DNA of 64,000 bases from Eledone cirrhosa (GCA_964016885.1 OZ024740.1:145514001-145578000), one strand, 5' to 3'; positions 26,716 to 40,329 are shown, counted from the stretch's first letter. Notes: generated from the sequence alone by a model not told the origin. Made by a program: numbers and translations.

Positions 26716-26892
26716 CAATGATAATAACGACAACAACAATAATAATATACATATACATATATATATACACATACACGCACACACATAAGCATATCTATAC
26801 ACACACACACACGATAGCAACTAACAGCGCTGCGATCGAATGTGGCTTTTTAGCCCAGCCAATGATCTAAAATGTCTTGCACAGAGTCGGCA
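26477..26892 (-). mobile_element. RTE family Y 3' fragment, second copy
   Basis: Matches 24442-24703, with expanded internal (AAT)n. Confidence 0.8.
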
Positions 26893-26928
26893 ACATACAT
26901 ACATACATACATACATACATACATACAT

Positions 26929-29193
26929 AACTCCAAGATAAGAAAACACCAGGAAGAGACATGATTGTCGGCTACTGGCACAAAAAACTAATATTCTATC
27001 GGAGGTATCTTACTGACCTCTACCAACAAGTTCTTAAGGGAGATACACTTATACCAGAATGGTTGACATAAGCACAAACGTTACTGGTCCCCAAGAACAA
27101 AGACACCCACTTGGCAAAAAACTACCGACCCATTGCATGCCAGAGCCTGATGTATAAGATGTATACAGCCTGCCTCAACCTATTCCTCCAAGATCACTGT
27201 GAAAATAATAACATCATCACAGATGAACAAGCAGCTGGAAAGAAAAGGGTTTGGGGATGTGCTGAACAACTCCTAATCAACAAAACTGCGATGTTGGAGG
27301 TGTGACAACTTAGGAGGAATATGACTACAGTCTGGCTGGACTACAAGAAAGCTTTCGATTCTGTTGCCCACTCTTGGATGATAGAGGCCCTCCAACTTGC
27401 TAAAGTCCCAGACATTATTGTCAGAGCCATAGAGAGGCTGTCTTCTTCTTGGGCTACTATCCTAAGGTTAAAGACAGAGAGGGAGGACTCTATTTTCACT
27501 GATAAAATAAAATATTGCAGGGGTATATTTCAGGAGGACAGTCTCTCTGTGATATTGTTCATCTTGTCATTAAACCCCTTGTACTTTCTGCTCAAGAAAT
27601 GTGAGGGATACATCATTGGCTCACAGGAGGACAGAAATACGAACCTAACCCATAACTTCTTTGTGGACGATCTGAAACTCTATGCCAAGAACATGGATGG
27701 GATGAAGAAAAATCTTGACCTGGTTACAACGTTCTCAAAGGATATAGGAATGGAGTTTGGCCAAGATAAATGCTCATACATGACTGTAAAGCGGGAAAAA
27801 ACAACAACCCAATATAGCAACATTGTCATCAATGGTCTAACTGTTTCACCGATATCTGATGAGGACTGCTGCAGATACCTGAGGATAGATGAGAACATAT
27901 CCTATAATGGTATCTGTAATAAAGAACGCGTAACCAGGGAATACTACACCCGATTAAGAAAGATCTGGTCATCGGAACTCTCTGCGCAAAACAAAACAGT
28001 GGCTCACAATGTGTTTGCTGTGCCTGTCCTAACACCAACGTTTGGAATACTCAATTGGACGATAGACGAAATCCGAGCAGTTGATGTTGGAACTCGAAAA
28101 ATACTGAACAACACCGGAAACTTCCACATCAACAGTGACATAGACCGCCTTTACTTGAAACGTAAGCAGGGAGGCAGAGGCCTAACATCAGTCCAGACAA
28201 CATTTGAATGTCGCATCTTATCTCTCCGACAACATCTACGAACCTCGAAGCGTAGGAGCCCGCTTCTCGAGCAAGTCTATCTGCATGAAACAGATAAGAT
28301 CATGAGAGTTGGGAAGGAACTCCTTGAGAGATATTCCCTGTGTGATAATCAAAAACTCACACCCAGGGATGTCGCTCAGCAGTATCGCAGTGAATCCATG
28401 GATGAAAAACTGCATGCCTATCAGCAAAAAATCATGCATGGATATGTTGCCAGGAAGCTCCAGAGTGAGAGTAATATAGATAAGGAAAGTAGTCTATCTT
28501 GGACCAACAACCGCTACATTGGCTCCCACTTTGAAGGATACGATTTTGCACAAAAGAGATAGGGATGCAGGCAAAACACCTAGATGTGATAACAAGTGCA
28601 GACTCTGCAGAACTAACATCGTGGATATCACCCATGTCATCAGCAGCTGCCCAAAGATGTCATCGCGGTATTATCTATCTATTTTGCATGATGTAGTGGC
28701 CAAAACTCTGTACAATGCAGTCCGTAAAAAAGATAGCCCCGATAATAAACACATTAAAAGCTACAACAATGTGGAAGACATCCATGTACATAATATGAAA
28801 GAGTACTGGTGGAATGTTCCAGTAAAAACCTCAATAAAATGCAGGCATAACAGACCAGATATTATGATATGGGACAGGGAGAAGAAAACATGCACAGTAG
28901 TGGAAATTAGCTGCCCAGCAGATGCCAATATAATATCAAAGATTAGTGAAAAGGAGAATATTTATGCAGAACTGATGAGAAATCTGCAGATACTCCACCC
29001 TGATTACACCTTCAGATTTATGCCTGTGATTATTGGGGCACTGGGGTATGTTAGTAATTGCCTCAATACAAATCTTGAGAAGCTAGGCTTCACAGGAACA
29101 GAAAGAACACAACTAGTTAGGAAATTACAAGTACAATCCATTAATGGAACAGTAAAAATATGTAAAAGATTCCAAAAATGTTGCATCGAATAA
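26929..29193 (+). pseudogene. RT-RLE ORF of Dong family A (disrupted)
   Basis: NYRPIAC, WLDYKKAFDSV, GIFQEDSLS, FFVDDLKLY, GGRGL, CRLCRTNIVDITHVISSC, RPDIMIWD..VVEISCP..KENIY; stop at ~27303 and frameshift at ~28550. Confidence 0.88.
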
Positions 29194-29426
29194 CTGCATA
29201 TACACATGTACAGATACAAAGCATATACACATGCACACATACAACTCAAAACATACACATCCACACATACAATAACATCCATATCTACACATGCATGCAT
29301 GCAGACATACATACATATCTACCTAGTTGAGGTTGTGTAAATTCCAATGAGAGAGTCTTGTGTCTATGTTAGAAACCGACTCTCTCTCTATTGGTAAAAC
29401 TTTGGGAAATTATAAAACCAGAAGAA
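26929..29426 (+). mobile_element. R4/Dong-clade RLE LINE family A, 5'-truncated
   Basis: RT plus CCHC plus restriction-like endonuclease; (CATA)n on both sides. Confidence 0.88.
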
Positions 29427-29443
29427 CATACATACATACATAC

Positions 29444-30048
29444 ATGGTGGCTGCCAACTCGTTTTCGAGTACGGCCACTACTTTATATCCATGTAGGAGA
29501 ACCCCTACTGATGCGCTGAACGAGTGTGACTTTTTAGTCCAGCCAGCGACTTGAAAACTCTGGTACAAACACTACACTTGTGACAATTACTGACACATAG
29601 TGTTGGGCCCATTGTACCCTGTGATGACAAGTGCAGAGAAATCTCCAGATATAAAGCAATGCCTGTGCCGTGAAGCTTTTATAGTGAGCAAAGGCACTGC
29701 ACAAAGCCAGTTCCACTCTCTTAACCAAGATGATATTTACCAAAAAGAAGAACAAGTCAACATCATTGGATACCATCAGAGTTGCGGGTGCTATAACAGA
29801 GTTTTCCTTCTCCTAGAATTCTGCCCCGACAAAGGCTAAGGGGTCATCTCTCCCGGTGATTTTGGATGGCCATTGACTCTTAAGAGCTCCTTTGCCCTTT
29901 GACAGGTTTTGTTTTTAGTCCTGCAGGATGTCCAAAGTCACCCTCCTCACCAAGAAACCTTGGTGGGGTTGCCAGTTTAGTCGCCAACGACCCGACCATG
30001 AGACAGGTTGTACTGGGATACATGTTACCAGTAGCACCAACTAGTGAC
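29444..30048 (-). mobile_element. Non-autonomous RTE-derived element X (~605 bp, full length)
   Basis: No credible ORF; RTE-type 3' end CGAGTTGGCAGCCACCAT followed by (GTAT)n; four copies in the window. Confidence 0.8.
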
Positions 30049-30137
30049 CATACATACATACATACATACATACATACATACATACATACATACATACATA
30101 CATACATACATACATACATACATACATACATACATAC

Positions 30138-31001
30138 AAAATTGACCAATTTACAGAAAAAGATGTGCACGGGTACTTGAGACGTAAAACACAGACCATA
30201 GAGGGGATAAACCACTCAAAAATCCTGGCATGGAGTTCCGACAAGTTTATGACATCACAACTTGAGGGATATCTCTCTGCAATACAGGAACAAGAACTCC
30301 CTACCAAATATCTGGTGCACAAAAGAGGAAGGCCATCAGCTGACAATAAATGCAGACTATGTAAAACAAAGATAGAAGATGTAAGCCACATTGTTGCCAG
30401 CTGCGAAAGAATGTCATCTCGCTACTACCTCCCATGAGACAGGATGGGATAGCTAGAACCATCTGGAACGCATTTCGGAAATCAAAATTAACAACAAACG
30501 AGGAAGAATATATTGAGACAGATGGCACTAAGGAAGACTGGTGGAACCTGAAAATAAAAACTGCCACCAAATTAAAGCACAACCGGCCTGATATTGTTGT
30601 TTGGGACCACACATTGAAAACGTGTTCTGTTGTGGAGATCAGCTGCTCACTTGATGTAAACGTTGTCAGAAAAATACAGGAGAAGGAGGACATCTACGGA
30701 CCATTGATGAGGAGTTTACAAATCCAGTATCCAAGATACACCTTTAGCTTCTTACCCATCATTATTGGAGCTACGGGTTATATACCAACCCGCTTGGACC
30801 AATGTATAATTGAACTTGGATTTGCGGACAAAGAGCGCAGCTCCCTAATTCATAGTCTACAAATGGCTGCGATAGCTGGCACCTTCAAAATTTGCAAAAC
30901 ATTCTTGCGATTCAAGGGATGACAATTTCTTTTCTTTTACAACCTTGCCACCAGGAAGGTGGCCGGTCAAAAATAAACTCGAAATTAAGAGAAAGAGATA
31001 A
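30138..31001 (+). mobile_element. R4/Dong-clade LINE family B, 3' fragment
   Basis: AIQEQEL, CRLCKTKIEDVSHIVASC, NRPDIVVWD..VVEISC..KEDIY; ends GAGAAAGAGATAA followed by (CATA)n. Confidence 0.85.
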
Positions 31002-31091
31002 CATACATACATACATACATACATACATACATACATACGTACGTACATACATACATACATACATACATACATACATACATACATACATACA

Positions 31092-31121
<30 letters not shown>

Positions 31122-31122
<1 letters not shown>

Positions 31123-32789
31123 TTTGAAAAATAAATACAAAATATTAGTGAATAGACGAACTCATCATGGTAAAACGTACAAGTCTTCTTCGACCAAATC
31201 GCAACTACAACCGTTATATACAGTGGAGCTACGAGCTTAACAAAGAATTATATGAAGCATACAAACAATCTGAACCCCAAAAGTTCGGTTTTATGCAAAG
31301 GCTAAAAACTTTATGGAACTCCAAACACCCAGAATTAGACTTTTCTCCAAAGCATTTAAATGAACAGGCAAAACGTATTATTAGATGTAAATTGATACAT
31401 CTAACGGAATTGAGCGATACTACAAATACAGCCCTTGCAGACAACCACCCCACCTCCACTGACAGACAAAGAGAATGGCCAGCTAAATCTAACAGTGAAC
31501 AGCTCACCAACAATTTTGCAGAAATCCATCCCTCTTCCACTGAAGAACAACGAGAATGGTCAGCTAACTCTAGTAGTAATTGTCACCACATCAACAACGA
31601 GGCTGAAATTCATGACTCTACAGTACAAGCAGAACACCAAAAACTTGTGGACACCTTACAAGTGATATGGAACGTTATGTTTCAAGAGATACACAGCCTT
31701 AATGTGAGTGACAGACCATACAACACCAGAATCAGTAAAGAACCCACTAAATTGGAATTGTAAGCGGTGAACTAAATAGCTGACAATTATCTGAAGGCTA
31801 TACGATCTAAAGGTGTAGAAACGACATTTGAAACGCTTAACATTTTGTTATATGTTTCAGCTGTCACATTGCTATCATATAACAAACATCTAAAACCACG
31901 CAATCAAGATACAAACAAAAAGCCTGAACCAGCGTGGATGCGAAATTTAAAAGGCAAAATTTTGTCCCTGAGACGAAGTATCTCACACATCGCAGTCGTT
32001 ATGAAATTCAACATAGAGAGCAACTTCACACGACACCAGGAAGCCCTAAAAAAAGTTCGAGACGATTTGGAGATACAAAATTTAAAACTTTAAACTCCAA
32101 ATTACACCAGTTGAAACAACAACTCACAGCTACAACAGAAAGACTAAAATATAAGTCAACAGCACATAAACGACAAGTGCTAAATAGATTGTTTGCCAGA
32201 GATCCTAAAACAGTTTATCGCAGCTTCGGTGGTAAAAGCTCAATCTCTGTAAATGACACCCCTTCAAAAGAACAGGTTGGGAGCTACTGGAGATCTGTAT
32301 GGAAAACGGATGATGGATTCAACAGACAAACTAATTGGCTAAAAGAACTGGAACAGGACTACTGCCAACATGTCCAGACAAAACAATATGACATAGATGG
32401 GTCAATACTGGAAACAGCTCTACAGAAAATGTCGAATAGGAAATCACGTTGTCAGAAAAATACAGGAGAAGGAGGACATCTACGGACCATTGATGAGGAG
32501 TTTACAAATCCAGTATCCAAGATACACTTTTAGCTTCATACCCATCATTATTGGAGCTACGGATTATATACCAACCCGCTTGGACCAAAGTATGACTGAA
32601 CTTGGATTTGCGGACAAAGAGCGCAGCTCCCTAATTCATAGTCTACAAATGGCTGCGATAGCTGGCACCTTCAAATTTTGCAAAACATTCTTGTGATTCA
32701 AGGGATGACAATTTCTTTTCTTTTACAACCTTGCCACCAGGAAGGTGGCCGGTCAAAAAAATATACTTGAAATTAAGAGAAAGAGATAA
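31122..32789 (+). mobile_element. R4/Dong family B with intact 5' end and internal deletion of the RT
   Basis: N-terminus WSYELNKELYEAY..GFMQRLKTLWNSKHP; jumps at ~32446 from the pre-RT region into the RLE segment equivalent to 30660 onward. Confidence 0.8.
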
Positions 32790-32806
32790 CATACATACAT
32801 ACATAC

Positions 32807-33415
32807 ATGGTGGCTGCCAACTCGTTTTCGAGTACGCCCACTACTTTATATCCATGTAGGAGAACCCCTACCGATGCGCTGAACGAGTGTGACTTTTTAG
32901 TCCAGCCAGCGACTTGAAAACTCTGGTACAAACACTACACTTCTGACAATTATTGACACATAGTGCTGGGCCCATGGTACCATGTGATGACAAGTGCAGA
33001 GAGATCTCCAGATATAAAGCAATGCCTGTGCCGTGAAGCTTTTATAGTGAGCAAAGGCACTGCACAAAGCCAGTTCCACTCTCTTAACCAAGATTGTATT
33101 TACCAAAAAGAATAACAAGTCAACATCATTGGTAACCACCAGGGTTGCAGGTGTTATATCAGAGTTTTCCTTCTCCTAGAATTCTGCCTTGACAAAGGCT
33201 AAGGGGTCATCTCTCCCAGTGATTTTGGATGGCCATTGACTCTTAAGAGCTCCTTTGCCCTTTGACAGGTTTTGTTTTTAGTCATGCAGGATGTCCAAAG
33301 TCACCCTCCTCATAAAGAAACCTTGGTGGGGTTGCCAGTTTAGTCGCCAACGACCCGACCATGAGACAGGTTGTACTGGGATACATGTTACCAGTAGCAC
33401 CAACTGGTGACCTGA
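32807..33415 (-). mobile_element. Non-autonomous RTE-derived element X (full length)
   Basis: Copy of 29444-30048, flanked by (CATA)n. Confidence 0.8.
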
Positions 33416-33453
33416 CATACATACATACATACATACATACATACATACATACA

Positions 33454-33484
<31 letters not shown>

Positions 33485-33808
33485 CGTTCTCTTTCTCTAG
33501 AAGATATTGTCTATGTTCAGACCTGGTGGGCTCCAACAGATTTAAGTGCCTAATACACGCCGTGTCTCGACGGGATGCCACTACGACTCCATCGAGAATT
33601 AAGTTCCACGCATGCATTACCTCTTTAAGATTGATAGTTTACTTCTACATCTACTAGAATTGGCCAAGTATTTTTAATTTCTTTCAAAAGATGTTTCTAT
33701 CGTTTCTTCATATATTGTATAAAAGTGTTGATGTATCGACAGCTCTCTTAGTTCATTGGTTTATGTTGTATGGGACACCTAAAAAGGCTTCGTATGTAAA
33801 ATCTCCCT

Positions 33809-33998
33809 GTGGCGGTGGATTGGCAGTATCGGTAGAGGGTCGGACGCCATGCTTTGACGCATAGAGTTACGGCCCTTGCCATTCTGAGTTCAAATCCCGC
33901 GTAGGTTAACTTTGCCTTTCATCCTTACGGAATCGATAAAATAAAGTACCAGTAATGTACTGGGTAATTGCTGGCCTTGTGCCAAAAGTAGAAACAAT
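33809..33998 (+). mobile_element. tRNA-SINE (short family) inserted into a MITE copy (33793-34095)
   Basis: 16-bp TSD TATGTAAAATCTCCCT (33793-33808 / 33999-34014); the uninterrupted site is visible at 22141. Confidence 0.88.
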
Positions 33999-34129
33999 TA
34001 TGTAAAATCTCCCTATTGTGCCTCATTTCTCCCCGTTTGGGGGCTCTTCATTTCATGGTACTCCTCGTTTGGGTTTTTAGGGGTTGGCAGGTATGTGTCT
34101 AATTCTACAAACATGTTAATGCTCTTATA

Positions 34130-34160
<31 letters not shown>

Positions 34161-34212
34161 ACATATACACTAAAACAAAAAATTTCTAACAAGGACTGAA
34201 CATAAAAGAATC

Positions 34213-34345
34213 AAATTCCCATTGTCACTGCCCCCATCTCTCTCGCTCTCCCCCATCTCTCACTATTATAAGTAGATGGGGGCCCACGCGCTGGCCGCGC
34301 CGCGGCCCCGGCGGACAGAATAAAGAAGGCGTTTGCCCGATATCA
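34213..34345 (-). mobile_element. CRE-clade LINE 3'-terminal fragment
   Basis: Similar to 49627-49750. Confidence 0.6.
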
Positions 34346-34889
34346 ACATATCTTTCATCGGCAGATTATTTACTTTCTTTTATTGTCCTTCTTTTCTTTT
34401 CCTATAATTTACTTTATCTCTTAAAGTATTTTGTGGTTATATTTGATATACCTTCTAATTGAAACAATACTACCTATATCTGGGAAAATGTTTTGTTGTT
34501 GTTGTTGTTGTTGTTGTTGTTTTTTTTTTGGGGGGGGGGGTGAAAAATTAATTCGTATTACCATAGTGTGTACAAACTAATAAGGAAATAAACTGAAACA
34601 TCACCAGGAAATGGATTTTTGAAAGCTAGGAAATCATACAGGAAAAAATGGAAAGCCACAAACATATACGATGGCTTTTATAGCTTAGATGAAGGACAAC
34701 GCTCATTGTATTTTCAAAACCTCCGAAACTAGAGAGTGGAAGTAAAGTAGGGAAGAAGTTATACTTAGGAGGGAGACCTAGCCAGAATGTTAGTAATTAG
34801 AGTGGACACCGCTGAAGACATCCAAGGATCAGGTTCTAAAAGCAAGATTAAGTGGAACCTAAAATGTATTGATTTCTAATTTAGACATA

Positions 34890-35065
34890 ATTGTTTCTAC
34901 TTTAGGCACAAGGCCAGCAATTACCCAGTGCATTACTGGTACTTTATTTTATCGACCCCGTAAGGATGAAAGGCAAAGTCAACCTCGGCGGGATTTGAAC
35001 TCAGATCGTAAAGGGACGTAACTATGCTGGAAAGCATGGCGTCCGACCCTCTACCGATACTGCCA
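34890..35065 (-). mobile_element. tRNA-SINE (short family)
   Basis: Reverse complement of 2788-2970. Confidence 0.88.
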
Positions 35066-35339
35066 CAGCAAATTTAATGGGGGGGGGGGGGGGGGGCGAC
35101 AAAGACGATTAAATCAACCCAAGTACATTATTTTATCCGGCTTAAAAGAATGAAAGACGAAGTTGACCTCAAGAGGATTTGAACTTGGAATGTAGAGAGC
35201 CAGAATATATTCCACAATTACATTTTATTTAATGCTCTACCAATTCGACTATCCAAATATATTGAAAGCGTAAACGTCAAGATTGAACTTGGTAGCTTTT
35301 TTTTTCTTTCTTTTTCATGATAAAAAAATCTTTCAGAAA

Positions 35340-36720
35340 CATGAAAACTTTGGCTGTGATTCTTCGTGCCTGCTTGTAGAAGGAGGACTTATTTCCAAGC
35401 CAAACTTTGTAGGCCTACTTCTTTGCTCTGGTGGCATTTTTGACATCTTGGTTAAATCAAGCTTCTTTCGCTCGCAGCATTTAACTGAGCTGAACAATCT
35501 CACCTCCGTTTCAACGCCCTCAGTTTCCTCAGGGTGTTCTCTGAATTTGGATGCAATAATATCTACATACCTGGTCCTGACTTCCTTATCCACCAATTAT
35601 TCCCACTTTAACCTGTAGGTCGCCCTGGGCTTGCCAGTTTTGTGGGCTTCTTTAGGTAATTTCAAGTTGCAGATAACTAGATGGTGGTCAGTTGACAACT
35701 CAGCCCCTTTCTTAACATGAACATCCATCCCAAAATCGAAGAGATCAGAAACAATAACAAAATCAATTATTGATCTCTGTCCCTGATTTCCCTTATACCC
35801 TGTATAATTATGGATGTCTCTCTGCTGGAAGAATGTATTCATAATAGAGAGTCCATTCCAAGAACAGAAGTCTAATAAAGCCTCTCTATTCGTATTTAGA
35901 TCGGGATCGCCATTCCTTCCAATCACTCCTTTCCATGTCAGGTGGTCGGTGTCAACATGTGCATTGAAGTCTCCCATTAAAATATATGACAAGCTGGGGG
36001 CTTGTGAGTATCCCCACTCCCGCCTGTACAGTCATTTCTGGCACCACACCTGAATAATGGAGTTTCCATCTTCCATGCAAAAGTACAGTATCAGAGCCAC
36101 TGGACTTTGTTGAGGAAACCCACACTATATCTAGCCGGTAGCATCTAGCCTCCCCCACTAGTTCCTGCTCTTTACCTGTAAGCGTTGTGATGTTCTAGGT
36201 TCCAATTGTCATGGTTTGCTCCCTTCCGAACCCTCTTTGGGTCTCAGGATAGACAATTTTTGTATGTCCACCCCACACCTCCCAAGACAGGTCGCAGGCC
36301 CATCACCAGTTTTTACGGCATGAAATGGAGACTGCAATATATTTTTCGAACAGGCCCCTGTATCTAAGGCCTCAATGGCTCCCTCGTTAACTCGCGCGAA
36401 GGACGATGTGGTATTGTTTTTTCCGTATCTCTCACCATATTGCAGTTTCAGTGGTCTTATTCGCGCCAGTCACCAATCTGGTACTTTCTCAAACCCGCGA
36501 AGACTAGGCTTTTTTAGAGGCAGCCTTTACTCGCCTCGTCATAGCTATATCACTGGGTTGTGAGAGTTTTCTTGGGAGTTACAGGTGTCACCCATTGCTC
36601 TATCTCCCTTATTAGTTTACCGCTGTTGGTTCGGGGCTGCTTATTCGTCCGGCAGCTGCCCGTTTATATCACAATTAACCATCATATCGGGTGGCCGTAT
36701 CGCTATCTGCCACAAGCAAA
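35340..36720 (-). mobile_element. RTE-clade LINE 5' part (5'UTR plus APE endonuclease), decayed
   Basis: ILMGDFNAHV, GVIGRNG, LSIMNTFF, SIIDFVIV, STDHHLV. Confidence 0.8.
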
Positions 36721-37608
36721 TTTGAGAAATGAAAGACTTGGTCTTTCATTTCTCAAATGTTTATATAACATGAACCAATAATGTACTGTGTCGACTTAAT
36801 CGTCTATATCCGCTTTATACCATTGTAAACACTTAATGGCGCATGGTATTCCCTCTAACACTTAAAATTCCTACTAGTCAAATATTTGTTTCTTTTTATC
36901 TCGCATCCTGAGCCTTATTTTTGGAGAGGAAATGGGAAGTTATTATGCTTATGCATTTTGTAAAGGAGTTAGTGGTGCAAACGGAATAAATTTCATTTCA
37001 GCCAATTATCAGAAACTGTGACATTCATTCCTCTTCCAACCATATGTTAAACGTTAACGAGACATGAAGTCGACTATTTGTAGGATTGTATGAATATATG
37101 GAACAGTAACTCCTAATGGAGTTGTGGGGATGTCGTCGTTAAACATGGCGTAGCCCACCCCGTCTCCTGGTCTGAACACAGCCGACTTCTTACACAGAAA
37201 TGGAGAGTTAGAGAGAAGGAAAGTAAGAAAGAGATACAGAGAAAGAATCGACCCCTATACTAGACTGGTACTATTTTTTTTTTCGACCTCAGAAGGATGA
37301 ATGGCAAAGCTGACGTCGGCAGAATTTGAAATCAGAACTCAAAGAACCGGAGCGAATTTCGCAAAAGAATTCTATCCGACGTTCTAACGACTTTGCAATC
37401 CGCCGTTTGTAGATTTATCTTCCACTAAACTATGCCTATCTATTGATAGAATCATGTTATCAATTTCAGAGGATTAAAAAAAAGACAAGACGTCTCAGTT
37501 GTATTTAAACCCTTTTTTTCTCTTTCGCGTTATTCCTTTTAATGTGGTCTACTTTTTGAGAGAGTGTGTGTGGTATTAGCATTGATAGTAATATATAAGG
37601 TGTTACAG

Positions 37609-37824
37609 GGCAGTGGATTAGCAGGGCCAGTAGAACGTGGAAAAAATGTTTTGCGGTATTTAGTTAGGACTTTCTACGGTTTGAGTTCAAGTCCTGTCGA
37701 GGTCAACTTTGCTTTTCATCCTTCTATGGTCGATAAAATAAAGTACCAGTGAGGTACTGGAGTCGACATGTTCGACTTTCTCCTTTCCTCAAAACTGTTG
37801 GTCTTGTGCCTAAATTTGAAACAA
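37609..37824 (+). mobile_element. tRNA-SINE, older subfamily
   Basis: B-box GAGTTCAAGTCC; ~18-bp TSD ATATATA(A/G)GGTGTTACAG. Confidence 0.75.
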
Positions 37825-39611
37825 ATATATAGGGTGTTACAGATAGATGATATTCATGAGATAACAGGATTGTTACTTCACCAACGATTTATATTTGGGC
37901 TCGCATGTTGGCACAAATTGGTAATTGATTAAATCAACTCCAGTCCTTTGACTACTACTTTAAGTTATCAATTATGGGAGGATGGATGACTATCTTGACC
38001 TCGGGCGATTGGAACTCAGTATATGAAGGGCAGGAGTAAATACCGCAAGTATTTCGTCCGATACATTAATGACGTTCGTATATAATAGTATTTAAGTGTA
38101 AGAAATGTATTTTTACCGGGGGTTACAGAAGATAAAGGAATGTATTATATACGAACTAGTTTGGGGTTTATTGAAACCCTAGTTGAATACAAATAACCGA
38201 TGACGCAAAATAAAAAGAAGGTATCGTTTTCCAAATTGTATCTTAGATGAGTTGAATATTCTAACCAGTGGGGGAACTAAAACAAGAGGTAGTTTTCTGA
38301 GCAGTTTCAACAATAGTTCTAGGTACGACCAAAATAACGTGACGTATCCGCTCTGAGTTCAATTCCCTCCGAGGTCAACTTTGCCGTTCATCCTTTCGAG
38401 GTCGATAAAAAGTACCAGTCAAGTACTGGTGTTGAGTTTCCTCTATATCTTTTTTGTCACTCCCCCTCTCTCCGAAAGAAACGGGCTGTAGGGGATGGAC
38501 TCCTCCAGGTTTTAAAAATACCCAAGAAACGCCGTATGTAACTGCGGCGCCCTATTATTCCATCGGGAATTACGGGTCCATTCATACATACATTGCAGTT
38601 TCTTAGGCAAATTAAATCTAATAAGTGCAGCATATTTTAGAGAATGGAATTATTATCTGTATAAAATTGAGTTAAGTGGCCACTAACTTTTCATGCTGCA
38701 GATGTCCCTGTGTATTTCCCCGATTTATTTAAAATTGATCCGTAACTAAAGTAACTAGCATGCCTCAAAACTGGAAATAAAAAAAAATACATAAACATAT
38801 AAAGCTTGAGATTTTTGCAATGAAAAGCTGATATTTCTACTGATGTTATAAGTAAGTGAAATGGTTTTAACATAGATGTAATCAAACAGTTCTATAATAG
38901 AATCGAAACCAAGTTACAGATTCGGTTCGCTTAGAACTCATTGTCATACTGAAACGTCTGCCAGAAAAAAAAAACTATCAGAAGTAATAAAAACAAAAGC
39001 AAATTAGGTAAATATTTATTTTTAAATTTAAAAAAATACGATGCACCTGTTATGATGGGGGTAAACCTTATTTTCTTTTCTACCTTCTGCTTCACAGAAT
39101 CGAGGATAAACATCTAATATGGGGAAAATATGTACAACAAATTTTCCTTCAAATTTTTCTTTCTTATTTTGGCACTAATGCCAACGAGAGCTCATCCTGG
39201 AACACACTTAAGAAGTGAACTGAGAAGGAACGTAAAAAATGATATAGTCTCTGTTGTCATTGGAATGTTAACGCCAATGTAACCAGACAAAACTAACGAG
39301 GAGTAAGATCAATGGTTAATAGTTACAGAACAGACGCATATTTAAAATTAAGTTCCTAGTTTAATCACCATGGAAAGCTAACGGTGTTTTTTCTGCTTTG
39401 CCGCTTCAAGCTAAATATCATCTGACCTAACCAATGCTCCAATCTATTTCTTTTTCAGTGCATCATAAGAATAGATCAATAACACAGTATTTGTATTTTT
39501 AAGTATAGCGTCTATTTATGGACATGGTACAAATATATAAATTATTTACGTAATATATTTGATAAACAAGTTTGATAAATTTAATCAAAATGTTATCGGA
39601 TTTTCCCTAAA

Positions 39612-39729
39612 TAATTGTTTCTACGTTAGACACAAGGCCAGCAATTACCCAGTGCATTACTGGTACTTTATTTTATCGACCCCGTAAGGATGAAAGGCAA
39701 AGTCAACCTCGGCGGGATTTGAACTCAGA
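39612..39729 (-). mobile_element. tRNA-SINE (short family), 5'-truncated
   Basis: Matches 34890-35005. Confidence 0.8.
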
Positions 39730-40329
39730 ATAATATTAACCAAATATAGAAAGAATAGTCTAAGATGAGTTTTGTTTATATGATTAGAACTTTTAGAACA
39801 ATTTACTTTTAGAAACTTTTACTTTTAGAACTATATTTAAAGATGATATATGTTTCAATGTTTACTTTTGAGTTCAAATCTTGCCGAGGTCAGCTGTACC
39901 CTTCATCGTTCCGGGGTCAATAAGATAAAGTGAAAGTCGTCAAGTACTGGGATCGACTATACTATCTCCAAAATCAACGGCACTTAAAACTATGATTCCA
40001 TCGGTTCTTATCGTCATCAATTGCCTTAGTCACGGTTTTGTACACAGAATCCAACTGGATTCGAACTAAAAACCTTTATTACTAAATTGAAGTTTAAGAA
40101 CGTTTTTGCGGGTATGTCAAACTAGCTTCATATATTTATATCCTGCAGCGAGTCGTCTATTTAATTTGAAGCTGGTTTCAGTTGTTCGACTTCTACATGT
40201 CTAAAACGTAGTAGGTTGCTATACGAAGAAAATACATCCAGATATTGGATATTATTTACTATACAACGATTAATATTTTGTTTCAATTGTTCAATTTCTA
40301 CATGTTTAAAACGTAGCAGGCCAAACCTT

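Noticed and set aside
38691-38965. Minus-strand acceptor-like sites with short ORFs
   Set aside because: Very short frames, no homology recognised; poly-T tracts are common here
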